From assembly GCF_026914265.1 (NCBI RefSeq), contig NC_069127.1, positions 1,681,682 through 1,745,681 of the forward strand: a DNA stretch of 64,000 bases, in the 5' to 3' direction. Each line of letters begins with the position of its first letter. Position 1 is the stretch's first letter. Position numbers and translations under genes: made by a program. This DNA comes from Mya arenaria. Its lineage: Eukaryota. This document shows, in pieces, positions 1-12,999 of the stretch. Below the pieces are notes generated by a model. It saw nothing but the letters and a program-made list of their open reading frames with translations. It had not been told where the DNA came from and searched no databases.

Positions 1-187
1 GCTTAGTGATATCTCAGGCTTTACTTTCGACTTTATCTGAAAACAAATATAAATAATAACACAAGAACCAAGGTACAAAATTTATAAAAAAAAGTTTGCT
101 TTACTAATAACTGTTTTATTTCTATTAAATTTAACAGTGTTCATTTTCTTAAGAAAAGAAATTGTTTCAAGTCAATAGTAATCTTAC

Positions 188-279
188 ATCTTTCCTAGGC
201 TTCAGTTTTGGGGAGGCCTTAGCATCTGAGCCCTTCTTCTTGTCCGTAGACTTCTTCAGGAAGCTTTTACTTTTGGAAG
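188..279 (-). CDS. possible internal coding exon of an unknown minus-strand gene (Lys-rich: SKSKSFLKKSTDKKKGSDAKASPKLKPRKD)
   Basis: Minus-strand acceptor ttttattttgtag and donor GAT|gtaagat bracket a 92-nt segment with one open frame. It lies downstream of the AATAAA of the 627..1587 gene, so it probably belongs to a different transcript that extends off the window. Confidence 0.2.
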
Positions 280-626
280 CTACAAAATAAAACCCCAGAT
301 TGGCTCTGTACAGTAGGAGTACTTCAGAAATAGCAAGACTCTTTATTGAAGTTCAACTTTACTGTGTCAAGTTACATCTCTGATATTAAATGAAATAAAA
401 AATCTACCATTGTTAAAAAGTCTTTGTTTTTCAGTGGGTAAAACCTTTAAAATCATCAATCAATGTTGCACAACTTTAAAGTAATTCAAGAAATTGAATA
501 ATCAAACAGGCAACCTAGTTTACAAAATGTTTTTAGGCATTATTTTTAAAGCAACAATCAATGTTCCATTTTAGTGAACTTTAAGAACTTAAAACAATGG
601 CTGTTATCAATAATCTGTAGAAGAGG

Positions 627-743
627 CTATCTACTGTTGTTGTCCTCGTCCTCTACATCCCACCAGGGCCTGGCTTCCTTCTTTGGTGGTGCCAAATACT
701 TGTTGATGTGGGCAGAGTTGATGGAGTCTTCTGATGACAGCGA
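627..743 (-). CDS. terminal exon of a small 61-aa protein (SLSSEDSINSAHINKYLAPPKKEARPWWDVEDEDNNSR*)
   Basis: Minus-strand acceptor ctattgtag at 744-745, phase 0, in frame with the exon at 1519..1587. Stop TAG at 627-629. AATAAA on the minus strand near 345. Product unknown. Confidence 0.3.
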   Translation of the reverse strand, partial: SLSSEDSINSAHINKYLAPPKKEARPWWDVEDEDNNSR

Positions 744-834
744 CTACAATAGACATTGTATCATAGGTAAACATTATATATTTTACAACGATTGTGAAGA
801 AAATTATGATAACTTGTACTAAGCCACTCTCGTT

Positions 835-1012
835 GTACGATGTTGCGCGAGAGTGTTGTCTTGTGTTGTGGTAAACCGGAGTACCCGGAGAAAACTCACT
901 TGTCCGGCTTGGTGACCACTAGCCAAACTCACATTCGCCCAGGCCAGGAACGGAACCCGGGTCGCCTTGGTGAGAAGCCAGTGTGCTTACCACTGCACTA
1001 GCAGGACAACAA
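835..1012 (-). mobile_element. tRNA-derived SINE-like element
   Basis: The minus-strand sequence carries an A-box-like TAGTGCAGTGG and a B-box-like GGGTTCCGTTCC, followed by a non-tRNA tail. A related tail fragment recurs at 54925..55040 (shared cttgtgtt..ggcttggtgaccac segment). Confidence 0.45.
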
Positions 1013-1518
1013 TCATAGGTATAAACTGAGAATTAACTGCCTATCCACTGGAACTAAACGGCTATAGACATGTATAAAGTATAACAGTAGTATACACAGG
1101 CGTTTTTAATGTCACCAGATGAAACCAATGAAAGAAAACTCATCATTGACTTTAGAATACTTTTATTTTTTAAATTAGTCTTTTTCTCTCATAAGGTACA
1201 ATGTAGTAACTGTTAAAATGAGCAATGCAAATGGCACATAATGGCAACGCAGATCAAATGCCATGTAGAATGATAACAAACAGAAAATTCCAACATTTTT
1301 TAGTATGAGGAATTGCAGCACAAAATGGGGGGAAGGGTTTAATAAGACCCCTCTTGAAATTGTCTCAAAGCCATTTATATCCATTTTAAGGTACTTCTTC
1401 ATGTTTTAAATGAACATAGACAGCAAAAAAAAACATACATGCAAGTAAGTCTCAAATTAAAAGCCCTCAATCCTGACTTCAAGATTTAACTGCCTGATTG
1501 TACAGGCAGACTACATAC

Positions 1519-1587
1519 CTCTTTCAGAAAAGCTTCAAACTGGTCATCAAAGTCCCGACTATAGGCTCCTTTCTTTTTACGGCTCAT
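1519..1587 (-). CDS. first coding exon of the small protein (MSRKKKGAYSRDFDDQFEAFLKE)
   Basis: ATG at 1587..1585 on the minus strand. The exon ends with GAG|GTATGTAG, a strong donor, and joins in phase 0 to the exon at 743..627. Confidence 0.3.
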
Positions 1588-3242
1588 TGTCAGTGTCAGT
1601 GTGTGCTTCAGTTAAATCTGCAAAAATGTTGATAAATCTAGCCTATTTCTACATACTCTGCTCAATCAAAATGAACTAGAGGAAATGTTCAGAAAGAGAA
1701 GTGAAGTGTGCACAAAACATTGTAAACACTAACACTTCTGGTCAAGTACCTAAATCCATGCCACCCAAAGAACTTCTAATATCCCTCTTGTACGATTGCT
1801 ATCATATGGAACATAAATGTGACTTACATACATGTGGCACATGTCACAAGGAGAAAAGAAAACCTCAGAAATCATCAGAATGCATTTCATTTTTAAAATG
1901 ACAAATGATATAAAATGTATTCATACTAGTTTTTGTTTCAGACGAGGTTTCTTCACTGGAAGAAACGGTATTTGTAGTTGTCTATGTCATATTTTGCAAC
2001 ATGACATTAATAAATACAGGTACCTAAAGGTAATTGCAGATTGGGTACCAAATATCTACCTATCCATGCCCTACTTACACAGTGGTCGAAATTAGCACAA
2101 GCCTGCAAGACCTGCACTGGTAAAATGTCTTCCGAGCTTCCTCAAATTCTGAAGTTTATATAGCAGGGCTTGTTCAAAAACATGATTCCATGCAATAGTA
2201 TAAGAATTCGTGCGTGTTTATCCGAAAGTCTAATTTCAATGACTGCTTACATATCCTGGTTTCTTATGCTTTCTAAATGCTGTGACACAATTTGTTGGAT
2301 AACAAGAAACCTGCCAAAGTGCAAACAATGCCCAAACAGAATAAGACATTAATCCCAATAGGTGCATGATGTAACACTATTTGTATGATGACTTGGACTG
2401 AGGTACGGCATTTGTATCAAAATTTGGGTTGACAAGGCAGTTGCATCTTGTCACTGACACTGGGTGACTTTCTATAAATGTCAAATATTGTTCATGTTTT
2501 CAAATACTACAATTATCAAACAAATACTATTAAGGCCATCTTAGAAACAATATATAGTGTTCGTTATTAATGCACAAACTGCATTTGAAATCAGATATTG
2601 GAAAAAATATGGGAAATATAGGTTTGTTTACATGTTTTTTCTTGTTTTCTGTTTGAAGTATCCGCCATAACGAACAAAGCAAAGCATTTCCGCATAAATA
2701 TTTCGGCTACACACAACTATTATTATCATGGTACTTGGTCAAAACGGCACAATGTTTGAACGGTCTGGACGTCCGTTAACGTGTTCACTGTATCCGGTAT
2801 ATATTATTGGGAAACAACAAAACAAAGTCTTAGATTATTTCATATTTTATTACTCTTAAAGACTAAAAAAAAATACAACCCGTTTGCTCTAATATACTAT
2901 GCTATGTACAATATATTATATTGAACGTCTTGGCCGATCCTTACTTGTGACCATTTAACAAATAACGAGGAACATATAAATCCGCCAACCAAATGCCGCG
3001 GAAATATTTGTTAACCAGATGAGGCAAATAATCAGAATTCATACAAAACTAATTACCTCAGGAAGTGATTGTAAACTTCTAAAGACATATTCGATGTGAA
3101 TAATAAGATATTTTATAGTTAACCTAAAACGATTGAGAATTGATTTGAGTGATAATGGTTGGGACCTGGCCCCTACTATTACAACAAATACTTAGGTCAA
3201 ATTTCAATCTCTATCTCTAATCATTTTACCACAAACTTTCAA

Positions 3243-3530
3243 AGGTTTTTATGCACCAATCAATTAAAACCACGCCCCCAGGTCCGGGAGTATACTGGGG
3301 ATAGCCTGGGAAATGGGCCGTGATTTTACCTTCCAGGTGGCCCCGCCGTGCCAGGTGAATGTGGTGCCTAAGTTTTCGCGCCAAATATAGAGGCGAATAG
3401 GCATACCTAGAGTCCCTGGGGTGCAGGGGCAGTTGGCGGGGGTATCACTAGCAGTTCGTCTGCGCAGGGCGGGGATTTTGCCCGGGCTTGGCTGGACCGA
3501 AAATCAAAGTCCCCGCTATTCCATTGAATC
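3243..3530. mobile_element. truncated copy of the GC-rich MITE family seen complete at 7817..8132, in opposite orientation
   Basis: Shares the terminal TTATGCACCA..AACCACGCCCCCAGGTCCGGG and most of the internal sequence (in reverse-complement) with the 7817..8132 element. It lacks the second TIR. Confidence 0.5.
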
Positions 3531-3884
3531 TGTTAATCAAAACGTTGGTGAAGATCTTAAATAGACATTTAATGCAATTGAGAACAACTCCAATGTGATT
3601 TGGCAAAAACTAAAGTATTATATCTGCTCTAGTATGATTTCTTTTTGAAATATTGACCAACGTGTTTTAATAAATACTTTCTAGGAGAAAATATTGGAGC
3701 CTTGACAATTTAATATATCTTTTTTGCTTACCATCTCTATGCTTTATTATTATTACGAGCTTAGTTCAAGAAGTTCACAGACTTTAAACTGAATGTATAT
3801 TTAGCGGAATTTAAATAAACCACCAATTTAATGAGACTTGTCAAGGAATCTGCTCTTAATCATCGTAAATATCCACGGCCGACC

Positions 3885-4250
3885 CATTCCATTCATTGCG
3901 TTACCGATCCATTCTGTTACTGACCCATTTCGTTACTGACCCATTCCGTTACTGACCCTTTCGTTACTGACTCATTCCGTTACAGACCCATCCCATTACT
4001 TACCCATTCCGTTACAGACCCATTCCATTGCTGACCCATTTCGTTACTGACCCATTCCGTTACCGACCCATTCCGTTACCGACCCATTCCGTTACTGACC
4101 CTTTCGTTACTGAATCATTTCGTTAGGGACCCATTCCATTACTTACCCATTCCGTTACAGACCCATTCCATGCCGACCCATTTCGTTATCGACCCACTCC
4201 GTTACTACACATTCCGTTACCGACCCATTCCGTTACTGACCAATTCACAT
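3885..4250. repeat. minisatellite with ~20-bp unit (GACCCATTCCGTTACTGACC)n, about 18 copies
   Basis: Direct tandem repetition visible in the sequence. Confidence 0.85.
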
Positions 4251-5240
4251 TACACTTGTTAGTACCATACATTTTCATAACATATTCAAGTTTATTACAT
4301 ATGGTTAACTTTACTTTATGGCACGTGAACGTTTTCTAAATTTATTTAAATTGACACTCTTACATGTTGATCTCTTTTGAGTGATGCACCTTTAGCTAAT
4401 CACTTACTGTTTACAAGATAGTAACTGTGTATTTTAAAACTCAAAAATATTAAATGATTGGTGAGTGCTAAAAGATTTACTGTGATCTACTTTAGTCTCT
4501 TTACCCCCCCCCCCCCCGTGTTTTCTGCACCTTTCTTTCAAATTCAAGTCGGTATCCTTCATAAGAACAATTGTTTTTGACATTTGTTAATCCTTTTTGG
4601 TATATCAAAACAATTGTATTAATTGTGGTAAATCTTATTTGGGAGTAAGAGTGTATCTTTAATATACATTCATTTTTATGTTGTATTTGAAAATAATATC
4701 TATTATGAACTATCACGGTTATTGTGTATTGGCGATGTACTTTGCACAAGTCGAAATAAATACTTCTGTCTGTCATGTATTGGTGTCTTCGATTCAACTA
4801 CCATAGAAACACTTGCGTCGCAAGAAAGAACGGAAAATGGACGTGGTTCACGTGACGCGTTAGCCAGTCATTGCTTAACCGTTCAATCCGAGGCAAATTG
4901 CAATGTAGACTTAGCAGGACTCCTTCACCCGATGTTGATTTTTAGTCTCCTTTCATAAGAATAATTTACACAAGATTCAGTTATAATATTTACAGGGTAA
5001 ACATTTGTAAACATCAACGCCTGCTGCATGGTATGTGTTAAATTATTCATTAGCCGATTCTGGTCCAGAATATTACAAGAAATAGCCTTTCATTAAGTTG
5101 AAAGTTTTTTTAAAGTCGAATCGATTCTCGCAAAACAAATAACAAAACTCGTTTGTTTAAATACTTAGAATAAAACACGAAGTCTTAAAACTGTCCAAGA
5201 TACCGTTAGTTAAACATTTAAGTGTTGAGCATATACGACA

Positions 5241-5399
5241 ATGTTGTACATGCTAGCAGTTCTGACCGTCCTCGGGTGGCCGGAGGGTGCGGCGGGTCAG
5301 GTGACCACGATGACCATCATCCCGCGCCAGTTCAAGTACGAGAAGGCATGCTTTGATATGTACTACGGGCAGCCGCAGTCCGGATGGGACTATTATGAG
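5241..5399 (+). CDS. exon 1 of a small secreted PAN/apple-domain protein (signal-peptide-like MLYMLAVLTVLGWPEGAAGQ)
   Basis: ATG followed by a hydrophobic N-terminus. GAG|gtttgc donor at 5400. Phase 0, joining exon 2 at 5999. Confidence 0.55.
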
Positions 5400-5998
5400 G
5401 TTTGCGTTTGCTCCATAATATCGTTTAAAATGTTTTTATCTAAGACTAGAAAAGTCGTGCTGAATTTCGATGTAATGATGGTAAATATGATTTTAAATAT
5501 TATATAAATGTGCGTGAATATGCCGAGAACGCGACCCAACGCTTCGGCGCCAAGTCTAGGACCAGTGTGTGTAAACCGAACTTTGATAAGATGATTAGTT
5601 TCATCAAACACTTCTATAAACCTGTTTCCAAAATAGTGTTTTGACAGTGCTCCGTCAGACGGCCGTATTGTGAAAAGGGTTGTCGAAGTGTTTTAAGAAA
5701 CTAAACCCTCAATCAAACTCTGGTAAAAGAGCGAAGGCGGGGCTCCGTAAGCGGCGTAGACTGTGCTATGTTTCATTTAAAATGGTGAAGAAATAGTGAA
5801 GTTATCTTTGTTTAAAGCCTTCAATAGCAGCAAAATATTGCCTTCCGACGTAGCATTTATGACGCAATTTATCACTTGGTATACACACACTGAGGAGTAA
5901 AGACTATGGCTATGTAAACCGGCATGGATTTCTTTTAAGCGGGGTATACATTGTTAACTTAAATAAATCTATACAATACTCTGACATTCTTTCTTTAG

Positions 5999-6187
5999 GT
6001 GCGAAGCAAAGCAGCGTGTCAGATGAAGTGTTTCCAGGCGGGACCAACTTGCCTGGCATTTTTCTATCGCCCCACCGCCTCCTGGTGTCGTCTGAACGAA
6101 ATCAAGCACGAGAATCGCACGGACGTTGGATGTTCTGGGAACGAACTCGTCGACTATGCCGAGGAAACTGTGAGCGATTTGTTTTAG
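5999..6187 (+). CDS. exon 2 of the PAN/apple-domain protein (..CQMKCFQAGPTCLAFFYRPTASWCRLNEIKHE..), stop TAG
   Basis: Acceptor tttctttag at 5997-98. The Cys spacing C-x3-C-x5-C-x-AFxY-x6-C-x-L is typical of PAN_1/apple domains. GC-rich coding composition in an AT-rich background. Confidence 0.55.
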   Translation: MRSKAACQMKCFQAGPTCLAFFYRPTASWCRLNEIKHENRTDVGCSGNELVDYAEETVSDLF

Positions 6188-7816
6188 ATACTCACTGAAT
6201 ACTTACAACATTCTTTTCAGTTTTATGAACATATGAGGTACGATGATTTATCGAGAGTGGTTTTGAATTCTGAGCGCTCAGCGTCGGCTATTGTGGTAGG
6301 TTGATTGTTCGTCGTCCGTCCGTCGCCCGTCCGGTTGATTGTTCGTCATCCGTCCGTCGCCCGTCCGTTTTGATTTTTTTCCTTCAAACAACTTCCTCTC
6401 TTTAACCACTGGGATAATTTCAACAACACTTCACAGGAATGTTTCTTGGCTGATCCTCTTCCAGATTCTTTCAATAAAAGTGGTCACATGCAGTACTCTA
6501 TTTGCCATGGCAACCGAAAGGAAACACTTTGAAATCTTCAATATAGAAACCACTGGCCCAATTTCAAAATAATTTCGCAGATATGTTCCTAAGGTGACCC
6601 TGTATGAAACGTCTTCACCCCATGTTGATTCGTAACAAACATGGCTATTAGAGGTCGGAGCTACTTTTTCACTATTTGTCTATGGACAACTTCATTTCAG
6701 AACTATTGGCCCTATTTCAAAACAATTTCACAGATCGATATGTTCCTAATGTGATACTCAGTCAAATTGATCCTTCTCTTCATGTTGATTTATATATATT
6801 TATTATTATTTTTTATAATAACTTTATTGTTTTACAATCATCTCTTTAGTTACAAGTTATGTAACTCCGACTTAAATATTATAACGGTTATGGCCCTTTG
6901 TAACATTTTAAACAAAAACATATTTTTCATGGTTTTATCATTCTCGTACACGAGAGCGAGGATGCTATGCGTACAACAGGCTAGATTTATCATTATCAAA
7001 CCAATGATAATGAGAATGATTTTTATACGCCCGTTTTAAAACGGGACGTATTCTAGTTTCAAATGTGGCGTTTAGGCGGGCAGGCGGTTGGCGTCCATTA
7101 TGTTGTCCGACCAATAACTTTAGAAGCCTTTGTCCAATCATGACCAAATTTGGTAAGAACGTGTATTGGCATAAAATATGGTACTAGTTTGATAAATAGC
7201 CTTATTTCTTTAGTCGCTCGAGCAAAATCACCCTTTAATTATAGAAATTACCTATTATAGGTATCGTCCGATCAACAACTTTAAGAGCGTTTGTTCAATC
7301 AGTTTTTTGGTCTATTTCACCGCATGTTTATGTAACACGTCAACAGCACTAACTTTGGAAATGATTAAGTATTACCATAACCATGTATACGTATATGTAT
7401 ATTTGGATAAAACAAAAATACAGTCGTTGAAACATTTGCCACTGTAGAAATTATTCTTGATTCATTTTTGCAGGAATCAATGTATAACAAGTATCGCATT
7501 GACTTGGATCATCTCCAAAATAAAGCTTTGTGGACGGCGAGCAAAACAGTACAGACCAATTAAGTAACAATGGATGCTCCCATTTGTCAAATTAAACCAA
7601 TTGTAATATTGTTGTACTCGTTTTATTTTAGGACGAACAGCCACTACGATTTGCTCCGATGCCTAGTAAGTTTTTGTTTGGTCTACTGGATGTTCAATAC
7701 CTTCTGTTAATATAAAATATATTTTTATTAAAAATTCCTACCTCTAAAGGTGCATTCTCTTGTGTATTCTGTTGATAAACATAATTATTGCTCACTATTC
7801 TTTAGACATTTTCTTA

Positions 7817-8132
7817 TGCACCAGTCAGTTGTAACCACGCCCCCAGGTCCGGGTAAAAGTGGGGACTTTGACTTTCGGTCCAGCCAAGCCCGGGTAAAGT
7901 CCCCGCCCTGCGGAAACGAACTGCTCGTGAGACCCCCGCCAAATGCCCCCGCACCCAAGGGACTCTAGGTAAGGCCCACTTCCCGCTATATTTGGCGGGG
8001 AAGACGAAAACACCGTATTCACGCGGCACTGCGGGGCCACATGGAAGGTAAAAACTCGGCCCATTTCCCCGGCTATCTCCGGTATAACCCCGGACCTGGG
8101 GGGAGGGGGCGTGGTTACAATTGACTGGTGCA
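7817..8132. mobile_element. MITE (~316 bp) with ~30-bp TIRs TGCACCAGTCAGTTGTAACCACGCCCCC and a TTA target-site duplication (PIF/Harbinger, Tourist-like)
   Basis: Left TIR at 7817 and its reverse-complement ending at 8132. TTA at 7814-16 and 8133-35. GC-rich interior. The ORFs at 7825..8196 (-) and 7750..7968 (+) in the track are composition artefacts. Confidence 0.6.
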
Positions 8133-8639
8133 TTATTCTAGAGTAAAAATTGTACTCGAGTACAACACAAACATAATAACTTGAGCGCAAGTACAATTTT
8201 GTTACTCTAGAATTTTTTTTATATAAAATATTGATTGAATGTTGTTTTTTTAAAAATGATCCGGGAAAAATGCCGTTTTAAAAAGGCAAGACATGTGCAA
8301 TTATGAATCTTACAGTGCGCTTATGTGGCACAACATGTTAATTCGAGAAATGACTTTTTAACTTTAAAGTATGGTTTCTTTTCAATAAGGTACATGGAAA
8401 TAACGTATTTTGAAAATTCTTCATTTGTTGTTTTTTAATTACATTTGACTGAACGGATACTGAAATTAGGAAAGTAACTTAAGTTTTATGAATACCAATT
8501 CTCGTAAGTTCTTAAGCGCAACAAGTTTACGTAGCTTATTTTATAAGCCAAACTTCTTATTTAATTTCCATTTCACCTTCATAAGGATAATTTCCCTTTC
8601 TGTCCGAAACTCATGCTTAAAACTATTATAAGGAATTTT

Positions 8640-9165
8640 TCGGGAAATGGAGGCCCTGGGCCATGATAACGAACAACCAAAAGTCCAAGTCTAGATTCAG
8701 AAAAACATTTTTATGAAGGAACAAAAAAATAAATATTTATCCCATTTTCTTTACAAAAATTATGTCAATAATAGTAAAACATTTATATAGTAATATATTT
8801 CAGCAAATTCCACCATCAATGCTTTGATAGAAGGAAAATCGCAATGAAATTTAGTTTTGCCATATTGAGTCTTGAATCTGAACTCAGACTTGAGAGTATT
8901 CGTATTCCCCTGGGGCCATGATTACAAACAGTCTCTAGTTCAAGTCTAGACTCAGATTTAAAAAAAAACAACACATTTTTATGAAGGAACAAAAAATCAT
9001 ATTTATCCCATTTCTTTTACAAAAAAATATGTGAATAATAGTAAAACATTCATAAAGTAATATATTTCAGCATCAATGCTTTGATAAAAGGAAACTCACA
9101 ATGAAATTTAGGTTTTGCCATATTGAGTCTTAAGTCTGAACTAAGACTTGAGATTGTTCGTAATC
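8640..9165. repeat. two tandem copies of a ~250-bp AT-rich unit
   Basis: Near-identical blocks 8640..8890 and 8890..9165 (ggccatgat..caagtctagactcag..tatgaaggaacaaaaa..). Confidence 0.7.
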
Positions 9166-9410
9166 ACTGCCCCTGTTACACTGTACAAACAACTCATGAT
9201 TATATCGGTACATGTCGACATGCCAACATTCAAATGTTTAAGGTTTACATAGAGCTTTTGACCTTTTGCCCTATAAGTCATACTGTTAACAAGAAGCGTC
9301 CTCGATGACTAATGTGATCAGTTATTTGTTTCTTTGTTCGTGGACGCTAGTATAACAGTGTGGCTTTAACACCATCAACCGAAAACTGACTGCATTGCTT
9401 TGCATTACTA

Positions 9411-9640
9411 GAGACGTACTGCACTGTCAATGAAAACTGCACAAACGCCGTGGATGTGGCTGACGGTGAGAGGTGGCGGCTGTGTGATGGTGATGGCCCT
9501 GGGAGCTGCAACCCCAGGAAGGGTCGGCTCGAGGTGGAGTACCAGGGCGTCTGGGGCACTGTGTGTGATGATTCGTTTTACGGAGCCATCGGTACCATCA
9601 ACATGAACATTGCTTGCAGAATGTTCGGCTACATGGGCGG
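9411..9640 (+). CDS. penultimate coding exon of an SRCR-domain gene (first half of the SRCR domain: RWRLCDGDGPGSCNPRKGRLEVEYQGVWGTVCDDSFYGAIGTINMNIACRMFGYMGG)
   Basis: SRCR consensus (GRVEV, WGTVCDD, ACRQLG-like). Donor GG|gtacgt at 9641, phase 2. The 5' boundary (acceptor tactag at 9409-10) is uncertain; the open frame extends back to 9390. Confidence 0.55.
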
Positions 9641-9987
9641 GTACGTGTACAGTTCAGCCAGTTTAATAGGTCTAGATATACGCTCTTCTAGATACTGATG
9701 CGTTTAAAGACAATACTATTATATATACTTTACTGAATACAAGCAAGGTCAACCTCCTTATATTAAGAATACTCAATTCAAGTCAATTGTGATTCATCTG
9801 CACGAAAGAGTAGACTTCCATGTATATTTTTTTCCAGTTAATATGACGCTTAAAACAATAAATTTCAGAGTCTAAATTTACAGTGTTATTTTGGTATTAT
9901 CATAATAGCAATCTTACTTAAGTGTAATATCAGAGTATAATTCCATCAGATATGTCAAAGCATCTTATACCCGGATTTTTTTCCCAG

Positions 9988-10165
9988 AGCCGACTCACTA
10001 GCAGACGATTACAACCGTGCCTATTTCGGCGAGGGTGTGGGGACGATCTGGCTGGACGAGGTGTATTGCACGGGTACAGAGACACTGCTGTCCAGTTGCC
10101 AGAACATGGGGTGGGGCAACAACGACTGCGGTCACTTAGAGGACCAGGGCATTGTGTGCAATTAA
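9988..10165 (+). CDS. last coding exon of the SRCR-domain gene (second half of the SRCR domain, ..[41 protein letters not shown])
   Basis: Acceptor ttttcccag at 9986-87. The phase-2 junction restores a GGA codon. Stop TAA at 10163-65. Together with the previous exon it gives a ~113-aa SRCR domain. Confidence 0.6.
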
Positions 10166-12149
10166 ACAGGTGTCCCAGACATGTAGTGTCAGGAGACAAG
10201 GACCCTGCAATCTACATGCGCATGACCTGTATCTGCACGATGTGTTTCTAACTGTACCCGATGTACAACTACGTGAATTCTGGATGTCTGATGACCCTAT
10301 GTTAGTTTGGTATAGTTAGAAAGGTTTTTGTATGTAAAGAAAAAAAACGTGCGAAAAGGGTACCGTAAAAAAATACAAACAAGCATTTTTGGTTCTGAAA
10401 ATATTGCGGAATAGGTCATTTCATGTCTGCTGTCAGAAGAATTACTGAACCACATAATAGACTCTGATGACGTTGTCTATATTGTTCTTCTGGTCATTTT
10501 TACATATAAGTAATTAGCAAGCTAAATACTGTCACATAATAGGGTCACCAGATTTCAAATGTTAACATTATCGCCAATGGCGCATGCAATGACGAGCTTA
10601 ATTGTACATCGGATACTCTGATTGAATTCGGACATCTGGGGTCGTGTCTATGAAGTATCTTTTACATTCTATACATGAACTTGAATAAACGAGCCTTTCT
10701 TAATCATTAAGATATTACTTAGAAAACAACCTCAATAGCTGACACATGTCAGGAGGCGGACCTTTACAAAACCCCGCTTAAGTTGAAATTCTTAATGACT
10801 GCCTTTCTGCAATTTCGTTTGCTGTAAATGTAGGTTGTATTCTAATGAACATTATAGTTTTAAACTTTTCATTAGTTGTTTAATATATCTAAACATTTAA
10901 CTAGATGTATCGCGAATACGACCCCAGAACTCCAATCGTTTTGTATGAACCAAGAAATCAGTTTATAAAAAATGCACTACATGTTATCACAGATGTATTC
11001 TTCACAAAAACTAACCAGACCTGACGTCAATGGAGTTTTAGACGCACGATGATTCTTAAGCACGGATATTCTTTTTAAATTTGTGGTATTCGTAGTCGCG
11101 CATACGATAGTGGAGCACGTGCATTTTTTGATTATTCCGAAAATCTCGCACGGACTATATAATTTGATAACAAAAGGTTTTGACCGTCAGACTCAAACAA
11201 ACCGAGATCAAACAAAGATAAGATTTTTTTTTGTAGCAACAAGGGCACCAGAACGGTTTCAAACTCTCGTCTGTTTTTCTGAGTTTGCCAAGGGGCATTA
11301 CTCAACATTTCAATTAGCCAGAGTTATCTGCATTGCGACTGTTATTGTTATTAGTAAATTTCATATGAGTAGGTTGAATGGCTTTAAGTTTGTACAATTT
11401 TACAGTGATTCTGACGTATGTTTGTGACTATTTTCTTGTTACATATTATGCATACACTTTTTGTTGTTGTTGTGGTTTGTTTGCTTAAAAATAAATGTCA
11501 AAGTTAGAAAGAATTGCACAATCCCATTGTTTATACAATTTGAGTTTTAATTTATCATTTAAAGTTGTAAACATCATTAATATTACTTTGATTGCATAAC
11601 ATTTCGTTCAAATGTTGACTAAAAAGGAATTTATTACTACAATCAACGATATAAAAACAATTCCACGTTAAACAAACTTTGTACATGTTTTTCTTATTTG
11701 TCAAGCGAGATCAATCGATTTATGGTTTCGAGAATGTTTCAATAGCACGTTTTCAAGTAAATTAGAGAAGCAAAACTAAAATATGATAAGAAGTACTGTG
11801 TTTTGATTCGAGTAAAATGGATGTTTGCAGATTCGGATTTCATGTGGCACCAGCCGAGTAAAATCAAAATCTGCTGAAATCCATGAGAGTCAAATACGAC
11901 ATTTCGAATTAAAACGCAGAACAAATAAAAAAATAAGTATAAAACTTATGGCTAAAATCCCCCAGACTAAGTGTTTAAAATATAATAATTGAAGGATAAA
12001 ACGAGGGAAAAGTTCACCTACGACATTCAATCCAATGGATGAACGAAAACATATCTCCGCGGGATTTATGTTGTTTCTTAAGTGTGCAAGACGGTTTGCA
12101 CGGCACGGTATTATAACATAAAAGAATTCCACCGACAGTGCAGAACTGC

Positions 12150-12460
12150 TTTTGCCCGATCGCTACATGGATTGTGTCGTATACCTGGGTGGGGTCGTAT
12201 TCCTGGGTGGGGGTCATATATCTGGGTGGGACTCGTATACCTGGGTCGGATCGTATACCAGGGTGGGGGTCGTATACCTGGGTGGGGTCGTATACCAGGG
12301 TGGGGTCGTATACCTGGAAGTGATCGTATTTAGGGGTTGGGTCGTATACCTGGGTGAGGTCGTATTGTTGGGTGGGGTCGTATACCTAGGTTTGGTCCTG
12401 CAACACATTGTGGTCGTATACCAGGGTGGGGTCGTATACCAGATGGGTTGGTATTCGACT
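12150..12460. repeat. minisatellite (GGGTGGGGTCGTATACCTG)n with ~21-bp unit, about 14 copies
   Basis: Direct tandem repeat. The overlapping ORFs on both strands (12082..12472) are artefacts of the repeat. Confidence 0.85.
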
Positions 12461-12999
12461 TTAAGTTATTAAAATTATGATTATACACAACGAGCAGCAA
12501 CAAGAGCGCTATATATTATTTCAATCACGAGGGTTTGCTGTAGTCCATGGGATACCGATAGTCTGCAGCCTCGACAAAGTTCAGAGGGTTTGTTGGTTCA
12601 ACAGAAGGTGGCGTTCACTTATTTATAAATTGTAAACCACATCACAGCATTTTGGAATATGGTGATATTAATTTATTTGAGATCGATTGTGAATGCTGGT
12701 TTAAGCTGATATAACTCACCATCGAGTACGGATATCCTTTATTTTAGACGCCATGAGCAAGTATCCAACTAACACCTCTTGGGTAAGAGTCGAACACCTA
12801 TACCATCAGACCACTTTCTACCCCGAAAATATTTCTTTGGCCTGTAGCCTGCCAACCGTGCTGTATGCATCGCCATCGAAACCGTAGCCACAGGGGCCTA
12901 TACCCTAATATCTTGGAAAGTTGCAAGTCAAGTCAAGTCAATATTGGTTTATTTTCGGATACCGTGTAACATTTAAAACATAAGCTATGTATAGCTTTT

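Noticed and set aside
574-822. ORF 574..822 (+), 82 aa
   Set aside because: It is antisense to the better-supported minus-strand terminal exon (627..743) and has no splice or start support of its own.
7750-8196. ORFs 7750..7968 (+), 7814..8029 (-), 7825..8196 (-), Pro/Gly-rich
   Set aside because: They lie entirely within the GC-rich MITE bounded by TIRs and TTA TSD. A truncated copy of the same element at 3243..3530 has the same artefactual frames.
11083-11427. 114-aa ORF on the + strand
   Set aside because: There is no start context, no splice sites, no recognisable motif and no compositional shift. It is probably chance in AT-rich DNA. I leave it unannotated.
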